Of a DNA stretch of 64,000 bases, positions 22,106-31,326 are shown one piece after another. How positions within the stretch are numbered: position 1 is the stretch's first letter; each line of letters opens with the position of its first letter. The DNA comes from Acidimicrobiales bacterium. Lineage in GTDB: Bacteria; Actinomycetota; Acidimicrobiia; Acidimicrobiales; MedAcidi-G1. Both the position numbers and the translations under genes were made by a program. The stretch spans positions 2,184-66,183 of the forward strand of contig JAAZXC010000001.1 of NCBI GenBank assembly GCA_014240365.1, given 5' to 3'. A model generated the notes under the pieces. The model had not been told where the DNA came from and searched no databases. It was given only the letters and a program-made list of their open reading frames with translations.

Positions 22106-23095
22106 TCAGTAGGCAGGCGAGAACGACTCCAACTTGTCCAGGGCGTGGTGGGCGTCGATCATCCGCACCGTGCCGGACCGTGAGCGCATGACAAGCGACT
22201 GGGTGTAGGCCGTCCCCGAGGTGTAGTGCACGCCCTTGACCAGGTCTCCCGCGGTGATGCCGGTGGCTGAGAAGAAGCAGTTGTCGCCCGCCACGAGATC
22301 GTCGGTGGTCAGGACCCGGGTCAGGTCATAGCCAGCCTCCGTCGCAGCGTTGCGCTCAGCCTCGTTGCGTGGCCACAGGCGACCCTGTATGGCGCCCCCC
22401 ATGCACTTGAGGGCTGCAGCTGAGATGACGCCTTCGGGCGTGCCTCCGATGCCGAACAGCACGTCGGCTCCCGAGCGGGGCCATGCCGACGAGATGGCGC
22501 CGGCCACGTCGCCGTCCGGGATGAGCCGGATGCGCGCACCGGCAGCCCTCACTTCGGAGATCAACTTGGCGTGGCGGTCCCGGTCCAGTATCACGGCCGT
22601 GAGGTCCCTGACTTCCTCGTGCTTGGCTTCGGCGATGCGCTTCAGGTTCTCGGCGACCGACTCGTTGATGTCGATCACGTCGGCACATTCCGGGCCGACG
22701 GCGATCTTTTCCATGTAGACGCACGGTCCCGGGTCGAACATGGTGCCGCGGTCGCTCACGGCGATCACGGCTATGGCGTTGGCCCTTCCCAGCGACGTCA
22801 GGGTGGTGCCGTCGATGGGGTCCACGGCGATGTCTGCGGCCGGCGGTTGTCCGTTGCCGATGCGCTCGCCGTTGAAGAGCATCGGCGCCTCGTCCTTCTC
22901 GCCCTCGCCGATGATGACGACGCCGTCCATGGTGACGGTGTCCAGCACATGGCGCATGGCGTCCACGGCGGCGGCGTCGGCTCCCTCCTTGTCGCCCCTG
23001 CCCATCCAGCGGGAGGCGGCCAGCGCGGCGGCCTCGGTGACCCTGCAGAGGTCGAGGGCGAGGTTGCGGTCGGGTACCTGGGCGTTGGCGGTCAT
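22106..23095 (-). CDS. glpX: class II fructose-1,6-bisphosphatase
   Basis: 329 aa. GlpX blocks are [35 protein letters not shown] and GIGGTPEGV. Confidence 0.9.
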   Translation of the reverse strand: MTANAQVPDRNLALDLCRVTEAAALAASRWMGRGDKEGADAAAVDAMRHVLDTVTMDGVVIIGEGEKDEAPMLFNGERIGNGQPPAADIAVDPIDGTTLTSLGRANAIAVIAVSDRGTMFDPGPCVYMEKIAVGPECADVIDINESVAENLKRIAEAKHEEVRDLTAVILDRDRHAKLISEVRAAGARIRLIPDGDVAGAISSAWPRSGADVLFGIGGTPEGVISAAALKCMGGAIQGRLWPRNEAERNAATEAGYDLTRVLTTDDLVAGDNCFFSATGITAGDLVKGVHYTSGTAYTQSLVMRSRSGTVRMIDAHHALDKLESFSPAY

Positions 23096-23173
23096 GGAGG
23101 GTGAACCTAGCCCCGTCGGCGTGGGGCCGGGTTGTCGACGCCGTGGCGTGCACGGGTGTCGGGCGGTGGCAGG

Positions 23174-23971
23174 ATGACTCCCATGTCATGGTGCTTCCAG
23201 TGCGGGATCCAGTATTCGATGGGCGTTGACGACTGTGTGGAATGCGGTGTGGCCCTCGTTGACGAGGCACCGGTCGATGCGGCCGACGTCGGCGCCAGCG
23301 GCGAGGACCAGATGGCCTACGAGTTGCACGAGTGGGCGGGGGAGAGCCGCCGGATCCTGGACCAGCTCCTGACCGCTGCCGGCACTGCCCACGCCTGGCA
23401 GGGTGCGACCCTGGTGGTGAGGGTGGCTGACGAGGAGGCCGTGGACCTGGCCGTCGCCGAGGCCGCCGACGCGGGGGGTCCGGCGCTGGATCCAGAAGCC
23501 GAGAAGCTGGCCTACGAGATGGATGGTTGGGCGGCTGACGAGCAGTCGGCGTTCAGCGAGCTGCTGGGGCGCCTGGGCATCCCCCACGAGTTCGACGCCG
23601 AGGGGGACCTCCTGGTCCTGGTGGCTGACGAGGAGTCGGTGGAATCAGCGCTGGATGCCTTCCAGGCCGGAGCCGACGACCGTCCTGAGCTGGAGGGCCT
23701 GGGCGCCAACCGTCTTCTCAGCGACATGTTCGTGGCGTGTGACCGGCTCCGTAAGGACGCCCGGGACCTCACGGGCATCGAGCAGCTCATCGGACTGGTC
23801 CAGGTGCTGGTTGAACACCGGCCGCCGTTCGGCATAGACGGCCAGTTGTGGAACGCCCTGGGAGAGCGGACCTCTGAGTTGGTGGCGCTGTTGGGCATCG
23901 GTGATGCCGATGAGTCCGAGGTGAGCGGCCTGGCCGGTGGCCTGACCGATGTGCTCCGCAACCTGACCTGA
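23174..23971 (+). CDS. hypothetical protein: N-terminal zinc ribbon plus two tandem ~50-aa repeats plus helical C-terminal domain
   Basis: Start chosen at ATG 23174 (alternatives 23132 and 23183). CFQCG...CVECG gives a CxxC-x13-CxxC ribbon. The internal duplication is visible by eye ([12 protein letters not shown]...[15 protein letters not shown] versus [12 protein letters not shown]...[15 protein letters not shown]). Coding-like GC3. Confidence 0.6.
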   Translation: MTPMSWCFQCGIQYSMGVDDCVECGVALVDEAPVDAADVGASGEDQMAYELHEWAGESRRILDQLLTAAGTAHAWQGATLVVRVADEEAVDLAVAEAADAGGPALDPEAEKLAYEMDGWAADEQSAFSELLGRLGIPHEFDAEGDLLVLVADEESVESALDAFQAGADDRPELEGLGANRLLSDMFVACDRLRKDARDLTGIEQLIGLVQVLVEHRPPFGIDGQLWNALGERTSELVALLGIGDADESEVSGLAGGLTDVLRNLT

Positions 23972-24098
23972 CCCCCGTGCCGGGCCTCGGAGGTACGGCT
24001 GGAAGATCCTGGGCGGCCAGGTTGTGACGATGCCCCTCCGTGGGGGAATCTCTGGTCCCGGTCGGGATCGGCCCGATTTGACAGCGAAGGGCAGGATC

Positions 24099-24380
24099 AT
24101 GCGTTTCATACAGATCATGGAGTACGAGCAGGACCCGGGCGAGGCGCTGGCTGAGTTGCATGGATACGCCGAGCAGGCGGGCGACGAGATCACCGTGCAG
24201 CGGGCCACCGTGTGCGGCGACCGCGACAAGCCGGGGGTGACGGTGGTGATCGCCGAGTTCGAATCCTGGGAGTCGGCCAAGGTCAACGACGAGCAGGAGA
24301 TAACCCAGGAGGGAGCGGAGAACGCTCCGGACGACACCACCTACCGAAACCTCGACGTGGTCGGCATTGTCGAGATGTAG
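24099..24380 (+). CDS. small acidic hypothetical protein (93 aa)
   Basis: ATG 24099 is preceded by gaagggcagga. Sequence is MRFIQIMEYEQDPGEALAELHGYAEQAGDEITVQRATVCGDRDKPGVTVVIAEFESWESAKV.... Coding-like GC3. No family recognised. Confidence 0.45.
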   Translation: MRFIQIMEYEQDPGEALAELHGYAEQAGDEITVQRATVCGDRDKPGVTVVIAEFESWESAKVNDEQEITQEGAENAPDDTTYRNLDVVGIVEM

Positions 24381-24430
24381 GCGGCTGGGCGCCGATGTTG
24401 TCGGCGTGGTCGAACTCTGAGCTTCGGGCG

Positions 24431-25423
24431 TCAGGCCGTCCGCAGGGCGTGCCACAGGGCCCGGTAGGTGGGCCATTCCAGGTCGCCGACGTAGCCGTCC
24501 TCGACGAGGGCGGCGTGCAGTCGTGGCAGGTTGCGGTACGGCACGGTCATGTCGGCGTGGTGGGCCAGGTGGTATCCCACGCCGATCGGCGCTATCACGA
24601 GGCGGGCGACGAGCGACTGCCTGACGTGGTGGGTGGTCCGGCGCCGGTCCGGCGACCGGGTCATCCCGGCGTGTTCGGCAATGGCCCGGAGCCGGTTCAG
24701 CACCTGGTACAGCGTCGCCCAGGGGAGCACCCAGAGCCCCACGTACAGCCACGGCTGCCCGGCCGCCCAGAAGGCTGCGAACACGATTGCCTGCCCGGAC
24801 AGGAACATGTAGGTGAGGCGTCGGTGGCGGGCTTCACCCAGTCGTTGGAAGCGTGGCCGCACGATCCGAAACGCCGAAACCCCTGTCAGGTCGCGACGGT
24901 GCTTGCGGCGCATCGAAGAGCGGGTGATCGGGTACAGCGAGTAGAGCAGGAAGTCCGGCTCGCCGGGGCCGAACTCGTCACGATGGTGCCTGATGTGGCC
25001 GATCCGGTAGCCGTGGCCGCCGGTGCCGAAGGTCAACCAGCCGATGAGGTTGATTCCGACCAGGTCGTTGACCCGACGGTTCGAGAACAGGACCCGGTGT
25101 GCGGCCTCGTGGTGGAGGATGAACAGGCGGTTCTGCGCCACCGGCATCAGGAGGAAGGCCGCCACCCAGGCGACAGGGTGGGCAATGGCCACGGCGGCGG
25201 CCACCACGGCGACGGGGAACACGACCGCACCGGCGACGGTGAAGGTGTTGTTCAGGTCCGATGTGGAGCGGAGTGAATCCCGGAACTCGCCTTTTGGCCG
25301 ACCGTTGGGGTGGAACCGTTCGCTTCCGGCGAAGTCCGACACCGCTGGTGCCATGCCGCCGGTCATGGTGGCGACCAGTGCCTCGTGGCGGGCTGCCTCG
25401 TCCACCTGGCTGGTGCCGTCCAT
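24431..25423 (-). CDS. membrane fatty-acid desaturase family protein
   Basis: His boxes are HEAAHRV, HIRHHRDEFGP and YHLAHHAD, with several TM helices. Start placed at ATG 25423 (MDGTSQVD), because codons between 25423 and 25480 have poor GC3. The longer start at 25480 is possible. Confidence 0.8.
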   Translation of the reverse strand: MDGTSQVDEAARHEALVATMTGGMAPAVSDFAGSERFHPNGRPKGEFRDSLRSTSDLNNTFTVAGAVVFPVAVVAAAVAIAHPVAWVAAFLLMPVAQNRLFILHHEAAHRVLFSNRRVNDLVGINLIGWLTFGTGGHGYRIGHIRHHRDEFGPGEPDFLLYSLYPITRSSMRRKHRRDLTGVSAFRIVRPRFQRLGEARHRRLTYMFLSGQAIVFAAFWAAGQPWLYVGLWVLPWATLYQVLNRLRAIAEHAGMTRSPDRRRTTHHVRQSLVARLVIAPIGVGYHLAHHADMTVPYRNLPRLHAALVEDGYVGDLEWPTYRALWHALRTA

Positions 25424-25478
25424 GCCGACAGGATACAGATCAGTCCTTCCGTGGACCCGTTCGGCCGGGGCCGTCGCC

Positions 25479-26099
25479 ATGGCGGCCGGGGCTACCCTCC
25501 GGCGGGTGACCGCTCAGCCAGCCCGCAGCCATGGTCCGAGCGGCATGTTCCTCACTCCCGGGGCCGGCAGCGACCGCGGGCATCCCGGCCTGGTGGCACT
25601 CCAGGACAGGCTGGCACCCCTACCGGTGGACCGGATGGACTTCCCCTACCGGAAGGCCGGTAAGCCCTTTCCGGACCGGGCGCCGGTGCTTGTCGCAGCT
25701 GTGCGCGATGGCGTGGCCGCCATGGCCGCCGGCCACGACCTGGACCCGGACCGCCTGGTGCTGGGCGGGCGGAGCATGGGTGGCCGGATCTGCTCGATAG
25801 CTGTTGCCGAGGGCCTGGGGGCGGCCGGCCTTGTGCTGGTCTGCTATCCGTTGCACCCTCCGAAGAAGCCGCAGAACCTGCGGGTGGAGCACTTCGGGTC
25901 CATCCAGGTGCCGTGCCTGTTCGTGTCAGGGGATCGTGACGAGTTCGGGTCGCCGGAGGAGTTCGACGCCCACCTGCCGGCGATCGCCGGACCCGTGACA
26001 GTGGTCCGCCTGCCCGGGAAGCGCCACGACCTGAAGGGCTGCGACGAGCTGGTCTGCGACGCAGTCGAGGCCTGGATGGCCGACACGTTTTCGACCTGA
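25479..26099 (+). CDS. alpha/beta-fold hydrolase (dienelactone-hydrolase-like, COG3571-type)
   Basis: Only the 3' part of track ORF 25023..26099 is credible, since the 5' part is antisense to the desaturase. Motifs are LTPGAGSD, the nucleophile elbow GGRSMGG, SGDRDEFG and a C-terminal His (KRHDL). Alternative start at ATG 25545. Confidence 0.65.
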   Translation: MAAGATLRRVTAQPARSHGPSGMFLTPGAGSDRGHPGLVALQDRLAPLPVDRMDFPYRKAGKPFPDRAPVLVAAVRDGVAAMAAGHDLDPDRLVLGGRSMGGRICSIAVAEGLGAAGLVLVCYPLHPPKKPQNLRVEHFGSIQVPCLFVSGDRDEFGSPEEFDAHLPAIAGPVTVVRLPGKRHDLKGCDELVCDAVEAWMADTFST

Positions 26100-26114
26100 C
26101 CTGTCGCCGGCCGA

Positions 26115-27707
26115 TCAGGTCCCGTCGGGGGCTGCGGCGTCCGATGATGCTCCCTGCAGGTCGGCGTCACCGGGGTTGAGGACCTCGAGCTCCACGCGGG
26201 CCGTCTCGGGGAACCAGCGCAGTACCAGCACGGCGGCCAGCACGGGTCCGACGGCGACGACCGTGAAGGCCGGTCCGTACGACCCGAACCGGTCGGCCAG
26301 CATCCCCACCACCAGTAGTCCCGTGGCGCTGCCGGCCACGCCGAGGGTGACTATCAGGCCGTTGGCCCGGGCCCTGTGCCTGGTCGAGAACAGCTCGGGT
26401 CCGTAGACGCCGAGGGCGACGGTCAACGAGCCCAGCACCGTGCCCGTGACGCTGGCCGCCCACATGGCGGCTCCCGCCGAGTGGTAGGCGACGAGGATGA
26501 AGGCCGTGCCCCCGAGCAGCCCGACCGCCGCCACGCCCCTCCGTCCCCGGGTGTCGGCCAGCCGGCCGGCCATGAAGATGCCGATGCCGGCCGGGGTGCT
26601 CGTCATGAGGGTGAACAGGGTGATGCCGGTGGCCGAGTAGCCGCGGTGCTCCCTCAGGAAGTCGTTCTGGAACTGGCTGGCCGGTGCGGCGAACACCAGC
26701 AGGAGGAATGCGGCGGTGGCCAGCAGGAGTAGCCGGCGGCCTTCGATGCGCCTCAGGGCGCCCTGGGACCCGGTGGCGGTGGCTGTGGCGGTGGCGTCTG
26801 GGAGGTTGGCGGTGAAGCGGCGGGACTCTGGAAGGCGCCGCCCGATTCCCACCAGGGCCGGGACGGCCAGCAACGGCACCAGGTAGATGACCCGCCAACC
26901 CCGGGGGTCCAGGTCGGCCACCGGGAGTACCCACACGGCCATGCCGGCCCCCAGCGCGGCGCAGAGGGCCAGCACGCTCACCCCGTAGGCCCGTGAGCCG
27001 CGGGGGAGTTCCTCCGCTGCGAACACCCCGATCAGGATTCCCATGCCCATGGTCAGCCCCCGGGCCACCAACTGGGTGCCCCCCAGGAACCAGAGGCCGG
27101 GTGAGAGGGCGCCGAGCGCTGTGGTTGCCACGGCCAGGATGGCGGCGGCGGTCAGCAGGCGGCTGCGCCCGTGGGAATCGGCCAGGGCGACCACGCCCAG
27201 GGCGACGACTATGCCGAGGCGTATGACGGCCAGTGTGACCCCCTGGGCGGTGGCGCTCCGCTGGAACTCGTCGCTGGCGAAGGTGATGGTCTGGGTGATG
27301 ACGGTGCCCAGGTAGCCGTCGATGACCTGGATGCAGGCCAGGAGGCACAGGACCCGGGTGGCCCGCGCATCCAGACGGTCAGGTGGCGCCCACCACGGCA
27401 CCTTCCGGGATCGCACAGCGCGACGCAGCGGGAGCGCGAACAGGGGTCGCCAGACGCTGATGGCCGCCCGGTACTCGATGGTCTCCACCACCCGCCTTCG
27501 GTCTGAATCCGGTTGGTCGGTGTCCGGCGGGCCTATGGCAAGCGTTCTCACCCAGGTGTGGAACGGGCCGTGTGCCAGGTCGAACCTGAGGGTCTCACCG
27601 GGGGCCGGGGAGCTCAGGTCGGTTGGTTCCGGTGCCGGGTCGGGCTCGAGTTCGCGGACCAGGTCGTCGCGTGGCGCCCGGAGCTCGGCCAGACCGTGAC
27701 CGTCCAC
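26115..27707 (-). CDS. MFS transporter with a non-transporter N-terminal extension
   Basis: 12-TM-like hydrophobic profile. MFS loop motifs are GRLADTRGRR and ADSHGRSR. The track ORF (to 28301) runs antisense into murA and is not credible. In-frame starts are GTG 27707 or ATG 27866, so the start is uncertain. Confidence 0.7.
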   Translation of the reverse strand: MDGHGLAELRAPRDDLVRELEPDPAPEPTDLSSPAPGETLRFDLAHGPFHTWVRTLAIGPPDTDQPDSDRRRVVETIEYRAAISVWRPLFALPLRRAVRSRKVPWWAPPDRLDARATRVLCLLACIQVIDGYLGTVITQTITFASDEFQRSATAQGVTLAVIRLGIVVALGVVALADSHGRSRLLTAAAILAVATTALGALSPGLWFLGGTQLVARGLTMGMGILIGVFAAEELPRGSRAYGVSVLALCAALGAGMAVWVLPVADLDPRGWRVIYLVPLLAVPALVGIGRRLPESRRFTANLPDATATATATGSQGALRRIEGRRLLLLATAAFLLLVFAAPASQFQNDFLREHRGYSATGITLFTLMTSTPAGIGIFMAGRLADTRGRRGVAAVGLLGGTAFILVAYHSAGAAMWAASVTGTVLGSLTVALGVYGPELFSTRHRARANGLIVTLGVAGSATGLLVVGMLADRFGSYGPAFTVVAVGPVLAAVLVLRWFPETARVELEVLNPGDADLQGASSDAAAPDGT

Positions 27708-27813
27708 CTCGTGGACGACCTCGACCGTCGCTCTACGGCCGTTGGCGCCGTCGGGCCTGCTGGTGGTGATGGGCTGCCCTCCGGTCCGTCCGGCCGCCCA
27801 CCATACTGAGGGG

Positions 27814-29112
27814 GTGGGTGCCGCCTCCGACGATTCACCAGCAGGGACCGTTGGTCGCTCGGTCATCCGGGTCCGACGATCCGGACCGCTGTCCGGTGAC
27901 GTTCGCATTTCGGGGGCCAAGAACTCCGTCCTGAAGTTGATGGCGGCCTCGGTGCTGGCCCCCGGTCGCTTCACCCTCCACAACGTTCCCCGGATAGCCG
28001 ACGTGGCCCTCATGTCCGAACTCCTGGAGGGGATGGGAGCCACCGTTGTCCACGGCGCCGCCGGTTCGGCGCCTGATGTCCTGACAATCGACGTGCCCGA
28101 GGTGATGGTCCCGGAGGCGCCGTACGACCAGGTGGAGCGGATGCGTGCATCCATTGTCGTCCTCGGCCCGCTGCTGGCGAGGTTCGGCGAAGCCAAGGTG
28201 TCGGTGCCCGGAGGCGACGACTTCGGCCACCGTCCGATCGACATGCACCTCAGGGCCCTCGAACAGCTCGGCGCCACTTTCACGACCAGCCACGGATACA
28301 TCCATGGTCGGGCCGATCAGCTGGTGGGAGCCCGGGTGCTCCTGGAGTATCCGAGCGTGGGGGCCACCGAGAACCTGCTCATGGCGGCGGTGAGGGCCAG
28401 GGGAACGACGGTGATCGACAATGCGGCGCGTGAGCCTGAGATCGCCGACCTGGCTGACTTCCTGAATGCCATGGGGGCCGAGGTGGAGGGTGCCGGAAGC
28501 TCCACGATCACGGTCGTCGGCGTCGAGAGTCTGCACCCGGTGACCCACACGGTGGTGCCGGACCGCATAGAGGCCGCCACCTATCTGGCGGCAGTCGGCA
28601 TGGCGGGCGGGTCGATACGACTGCTAGGCGCACGGGCCGACCACATGGCGATGCTGCTCGTCAAGCTCGGCGACATGGGTCTGCGGGTGGAAGACGGCGG
28701 TGACGTCCTCGTGGCTACGGCAGCTGACCGTCTTCGCTCGGTTGACGTGTCCACCCTGCCGTACCCGGGGGTGGCGACCGACTACAAGCCCATGCTGGTG
28801 GCACTGCTCTCGGTGGCCGACGGGGTCGGGATCCTCACCGAGAACGTGTTCGCCGGCAGGTTCAGGTACATCCCCGAGCTGGTGCGGATGGGGGCCGACA
28901 TCCGTGTGGAGGGCCACCATGCGGTGGTGCGCGGTGTCGATGTGCTGTCCGGCGCTCCGGTGCGTGCACCCGATATCCGGGCTGGTGCCGCCCTGGTTGT
29001 GGCTGGCCTCGCCGCCGAGGGTGAGACGGTCGTGGCCGATGCCCACCACGTGGAGCGCGGCTACCAGGATCTGGTCGGCAACCTGGCACGTCTGGGAGCC
29101 GACATCTCCTGA
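27814..29112 (+). CDS. murA: UDP-N-acetylglucosamine 1-carboxyvinyltransferase
   Basis: Conserved blocks are ISGAKNSVLKLMAA, LPGGDDFGHRPIDMHL, EYPSVGATENLLMAA, FPGVATDYKPML and VERGYQDLV. GTG 27814 is the closest canonical start upstream of the conserved N-terminus (alternatives 27769 and 27742). Confidence 0.9.
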   Translation: MGAASDDSPAGTVGRSVIRVRRSGPLSGDVRISGAKNSVLKLMAASVLAPGRFTLHNVPRIADVALMSELLEGMGATVVHGAAGSAPDVLTIDVPEVMVPEAPYDQVERMRASIVVLGPLLARFGEAKVSVPGGDDFGHRPIDMHLRALEQLGATFTTSHGYIHGRADQLVGARVLLEYPSVGATENLLMAAVRARGTTVIDNAAREPEIADLADFLNAMGAEVEGAGSSTITVVGVESLHPVTHTVVPDRIEAATYLAAVGMAGGSIRLLGARADHMAMLLVKLGDMGLRVEDGGDVLVATAADRLRSVDVSTLPYPGVATDYKPMLVALLSVADGVGILTENVFAGRFRYIPELVRMGADIRVEGHHAVVRGVDVLSGAPVRAPDIRAGAALVVAGLAAEGETVVADAHHVERGYQDLVGNLARLGADIS

Positions 29113-29121
29113 GGGTTGCCG

Positions 29122-29283
29122 TCAGGCCTCGTCCTTCGGGTGTCCGGCGAGACGCCTGGCCCGTCGGTCGGCCACCCAGAGCAGGGTGGCGACCACGGCG
29201 AGGGGTACGGCCACCAGCCCGATCTCGTCCCAGCCGCCCTGGTGGGCGAGCAGCCGGATGTCCGTCAGGTGGTCTGGTCGCAC
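29122..29283 (-). CDS. possible small membrane protein (53 aa), not in ORF track
   Basis: My translation from a GTG start is VRPDHLTDIRLLAHQGGWDEIGLVAVPLAVVATLLWVADRRARRLAGHPKDEA. One clear TM helix followed by a positive patch, with high GC3. No homology evidence is available. Confidence 0.25.
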   Translation of the reverse strand: MRPDHLTDIRLLAHQGGWDEIGLVAVPLAVVATLLWVADRRARRLAGHPKDEA

Positions 29284-29366
29284 CCTTCGAGCCTATGACC
29301 ACCAACCGTGGAGGTCATAGGTCGGAACGTAGTGGTGTCGGCGCCAGATGCAGCGAGACTCTGCAC

Positions 29367-29669
29367 ATGTCAATCGACGTGGCCACCGAACCGGCCCCCG
29401 GCTTGCGGGCACGGGTGGAGAAGGTCATAGAGATCATCCGTCCGGCCATCCAGGCCGACGATGGCGACATCGAACTGCACGAGGTGGACGAGTCGACCGG
29501 CGAGGTGACTGTGGAGCTGTCCGGCGCCTGCACCACCTGCCCGGCTTCTGACCAGACCCTGAAGGCCGGGATCGAACGGATCCTGAAGGACCGGGTGGAT
29601 GGTGTCACGTCGGTTCGCAACGTGGGCGAGACGCCGAACCCCGACGAGGGCACAGCCGTCCTGCTCTGA
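29367..29669 (+). CDS. NifU C-terminal-domain (Nfu-type) Fe-S cluster scaffold/carrier protein
   Basis: Start trimmed to ATG 29367. Sequence is VEKVIEIIRPAIQADDGDIELHEVDESTGEVTVELSGACTTCPASDQTLKAGIE, carrying the characteristic CxxC motif. Confidence 0.75.
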   Translation: MSIDVATEPAPGLRARVEKVIEIIRPAIQADDGDIELHEVDESTGEVTVELSGACTTCPASDQTLKAGIERILKDRVDGVTSVRNVGETPNPDEGTAVLL

Positions 29670-29758
29670 GTGGGGCTTGCTCTGAGTAGGGCTTGGCCCG
29701 GACCCGCGGTGAACCGCCCGGTTCCGTGGCCACCTGATCGGATGGTTACCCTCTGGCG

Positions 29759-30547
29759 GTGACCGAACTGACAGATCAGCCCCTCCTCCGGATCGACCGA
29801 CGTGACGACGGGGTGGTCCTGGCCACCCTTGATCGCCCCAAGGTGAACGCCCTGGACGCAGCGCTGCTGCACGAGATAGAGGCCATGGCCCTGGCCTGCA
29901 GTGAGGATCCCCCGGGAGCCGTCGTCATCACCGGAGCGGGCCGCATGTTCGCTGCAGGCGCCGAGCTTGCAGGGTTCGCCGACCCGGCCCTACGTGGCGC
30001 CCAGGCCAATGCGTTCCGATCGGCGTTCGCCGCGGTCGAGCGGATCCCGTGTCCCACCATCGCTGCGGTGAACGGCCTGGCCCTTGGGGGGGGCGCCGAG
30101 TTGGCCTGGTGCTGTGACCTGAGGATCCTGGGAGAGCGCTCGGTGTTCGGCCAGCCCGAGGTGCTCCTCGGAATCATCCCGGGTGGGGGCGCCACCCAGC
30201 GCCTGACCCGTCTGGTGGGCAGGTCGACGGCGAAGCGACTCATCTGGGGCGGTGCCCAGGTGGACGCCGCCGAGGCCCTGGAACTGGGTCTGGCCGACGA
30301 GGTGGTGCCCGCCGACGAGCTCGTGGACCGGGCACTGGTCCTGGCGGCCGGCTATGCCGCTGGACCCCGGGTGGCCATCCGGGCGGCCAAGCGGGCCATC
30401 GACGAGGGCATTGAGATGTCAACGGCGTCCGGAGTGGACCTCGAGCTCGACCTGTTTATGGAGGTCTTCGAGACCGAGGACGCACGACACGGCGTGGAGT
30501 CGTTCTTCGAGCACGGTCCGGGTAGGGCCACCTTCAGCGGCTGCTGA
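29759..30547 (+). CDS. enoyl-CoA hydratase/isomerase (crotonase) family protein
   Basis: 262 aa. Crotonase blocks are VVITGAGRMFAAGAEL, AAVNGLALGGGAELAWCCD and FGQPEVLLGIIPGGGATQRL. Confidence 0.85.
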   Translation: MTELTDQPLLRIDRRDDGVVLATLDRPKVNALDAALLHEIEAMALACSEDPPGAVVITGAGRMFAAGAELAGFADPALRGAQANAFRSAFAAVERIPCPTIAAVNGLALGGGAELAWCCDLRILGERSVFGQPEVLLGIIPGGGATQRLTRLVGRSTAKRLIWGGAQVDAAEALELGLADEVVPADELVDRALVLAAGYAAGPRVAIRAAKRAIDEGIEMSTASGVDLELDLFMEVFETEDARHGVESFFEHGPGRATFSGC

Positions 30548-30609
30548 GGGCTGACCAACCCCGCCGGGTCACTGGCGTCCTGTCGGCCCACGGGTCTAGG
30601 TTCCGCGCC

Positions 30610-31242
30610 GTGGACGACCCCTTCCTTGCCGCCCTGCACCGCTTCGCCATGGCGGAAGGTGGCGACCATTTCGAACTGGTGCGGCCGATGGCCCTGCTGG
30701 CCGATGCTCTGGGTCGGGTCGTACCTGCGCCGGAGCAGCGCCGGACAACCCTTCCGGTGGTGGACGAGCACCTGGCTGCCACCCTGGAGACGGGGGTGGG
30801 GCCGGCGGCCGACCTGGCCCGGATGATCGCACCCCGGACCTCCTGGGCGGCGCCCTACCCCGAATACGCAGGGGAGCCGGACATGGACGCCATGCGGCTT
30901 GGCTACGCCTACTCGCCGGTCATCGGCGCCGCCTACGACGCCGTCTCGGGAGGTGCGGCGACCCCCGCCTACCTCAGTGACGAGGTGTTCGTCGGAATGG
31001 TCCTACAGGGTCCGGGCATCACCTACCCGCCGCATGTCCACAAGGCCGTGGAGGTCTACTGGGTGATCGCCGGCACCGCTGACTGGCAGAAGGGCGACGA
31101 GTGGTCGACCCACGGGCCGGGGACGGCCTTCCTGCATGACACGGGCGTTCGACACGCCACCACCACCCGCAGTGAGCCCCAGTTGCTGTTCTTCGCATGG
31201 GTGACCGACCCCGGCTGTGCGCCGGTGATCGTCCGTCTCTGA
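30610..31242 (+). CDS. cupin-domain protein, DddL/DddQ-like (DMSP-lyase family) metal site
   Basis: 210 aa. Cupin motif 1 is YPPHVHKAVEVYWVIAG (HxHx4Ex6G) and motif 2 is GPGTAFLHDTGVRHA. The family-level call rests on motif resemblance only. Confidence 0.55.
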   Translation: MDDPFLAALHRFAMAEGGDHFELVRPMALLADALGRVVPAPEQRRTTLPVVDEHLAATLETGVGPAADLARMIAPRTSWAAPYPEYAGEPDMDAMRLGYAYSPVIGAAYDAVSGGAATPAYLSDEVFVGMVLQGPGITYPPHVHKAVEVYWVIAGTADWQKGDEWSTHGPGTAFLHDTGVRHATTTRSEPQLLFFAWVTDPGCAPVIVRL

Positions 31243-31326
31243 GTACCGGTAGGGGCCCGGGCTCCGTGCCACGTGTGCCATCCGGGGCGCACAGGGGTCA
31301 GAAGGCCCGGCCGCTACGGTTCGTAA

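Noticed and set aside
25478-25481. A CCATGG palindrome in which the longest desaturase ORF (minus) and the hydrolase ORF (plus) would start on overlapping, complementary ATGs.
   Set aside because: This is most likely a coincidence of maximal-ORF extension. Codons between 25423 and 25480 on the minus strand have poor GC3, so the desaturase more plausibly starts at 25423, leaving a normal divergent spacer.
26770-26800. An imperfect (GCCACC)n-like repeat encoding an ATATATAT stretch inside the MFS transporter.
   Set aside because: It is a short low-complexity linker in the central cytoplasmic loop of an MFS protein, which is common and in frame. It is not a CRISPR or mobile-element repeat.
26115-28301. 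The 728-aa track ORF, which suggests an MFS protein with a ~340-aa N-terminal domain.
   Set aside because: The upstream ~150 codons are antisense to the highly conserved murA coding region (27814 onward) and have no protein-like features. The CDS was trimmed to an internal start.
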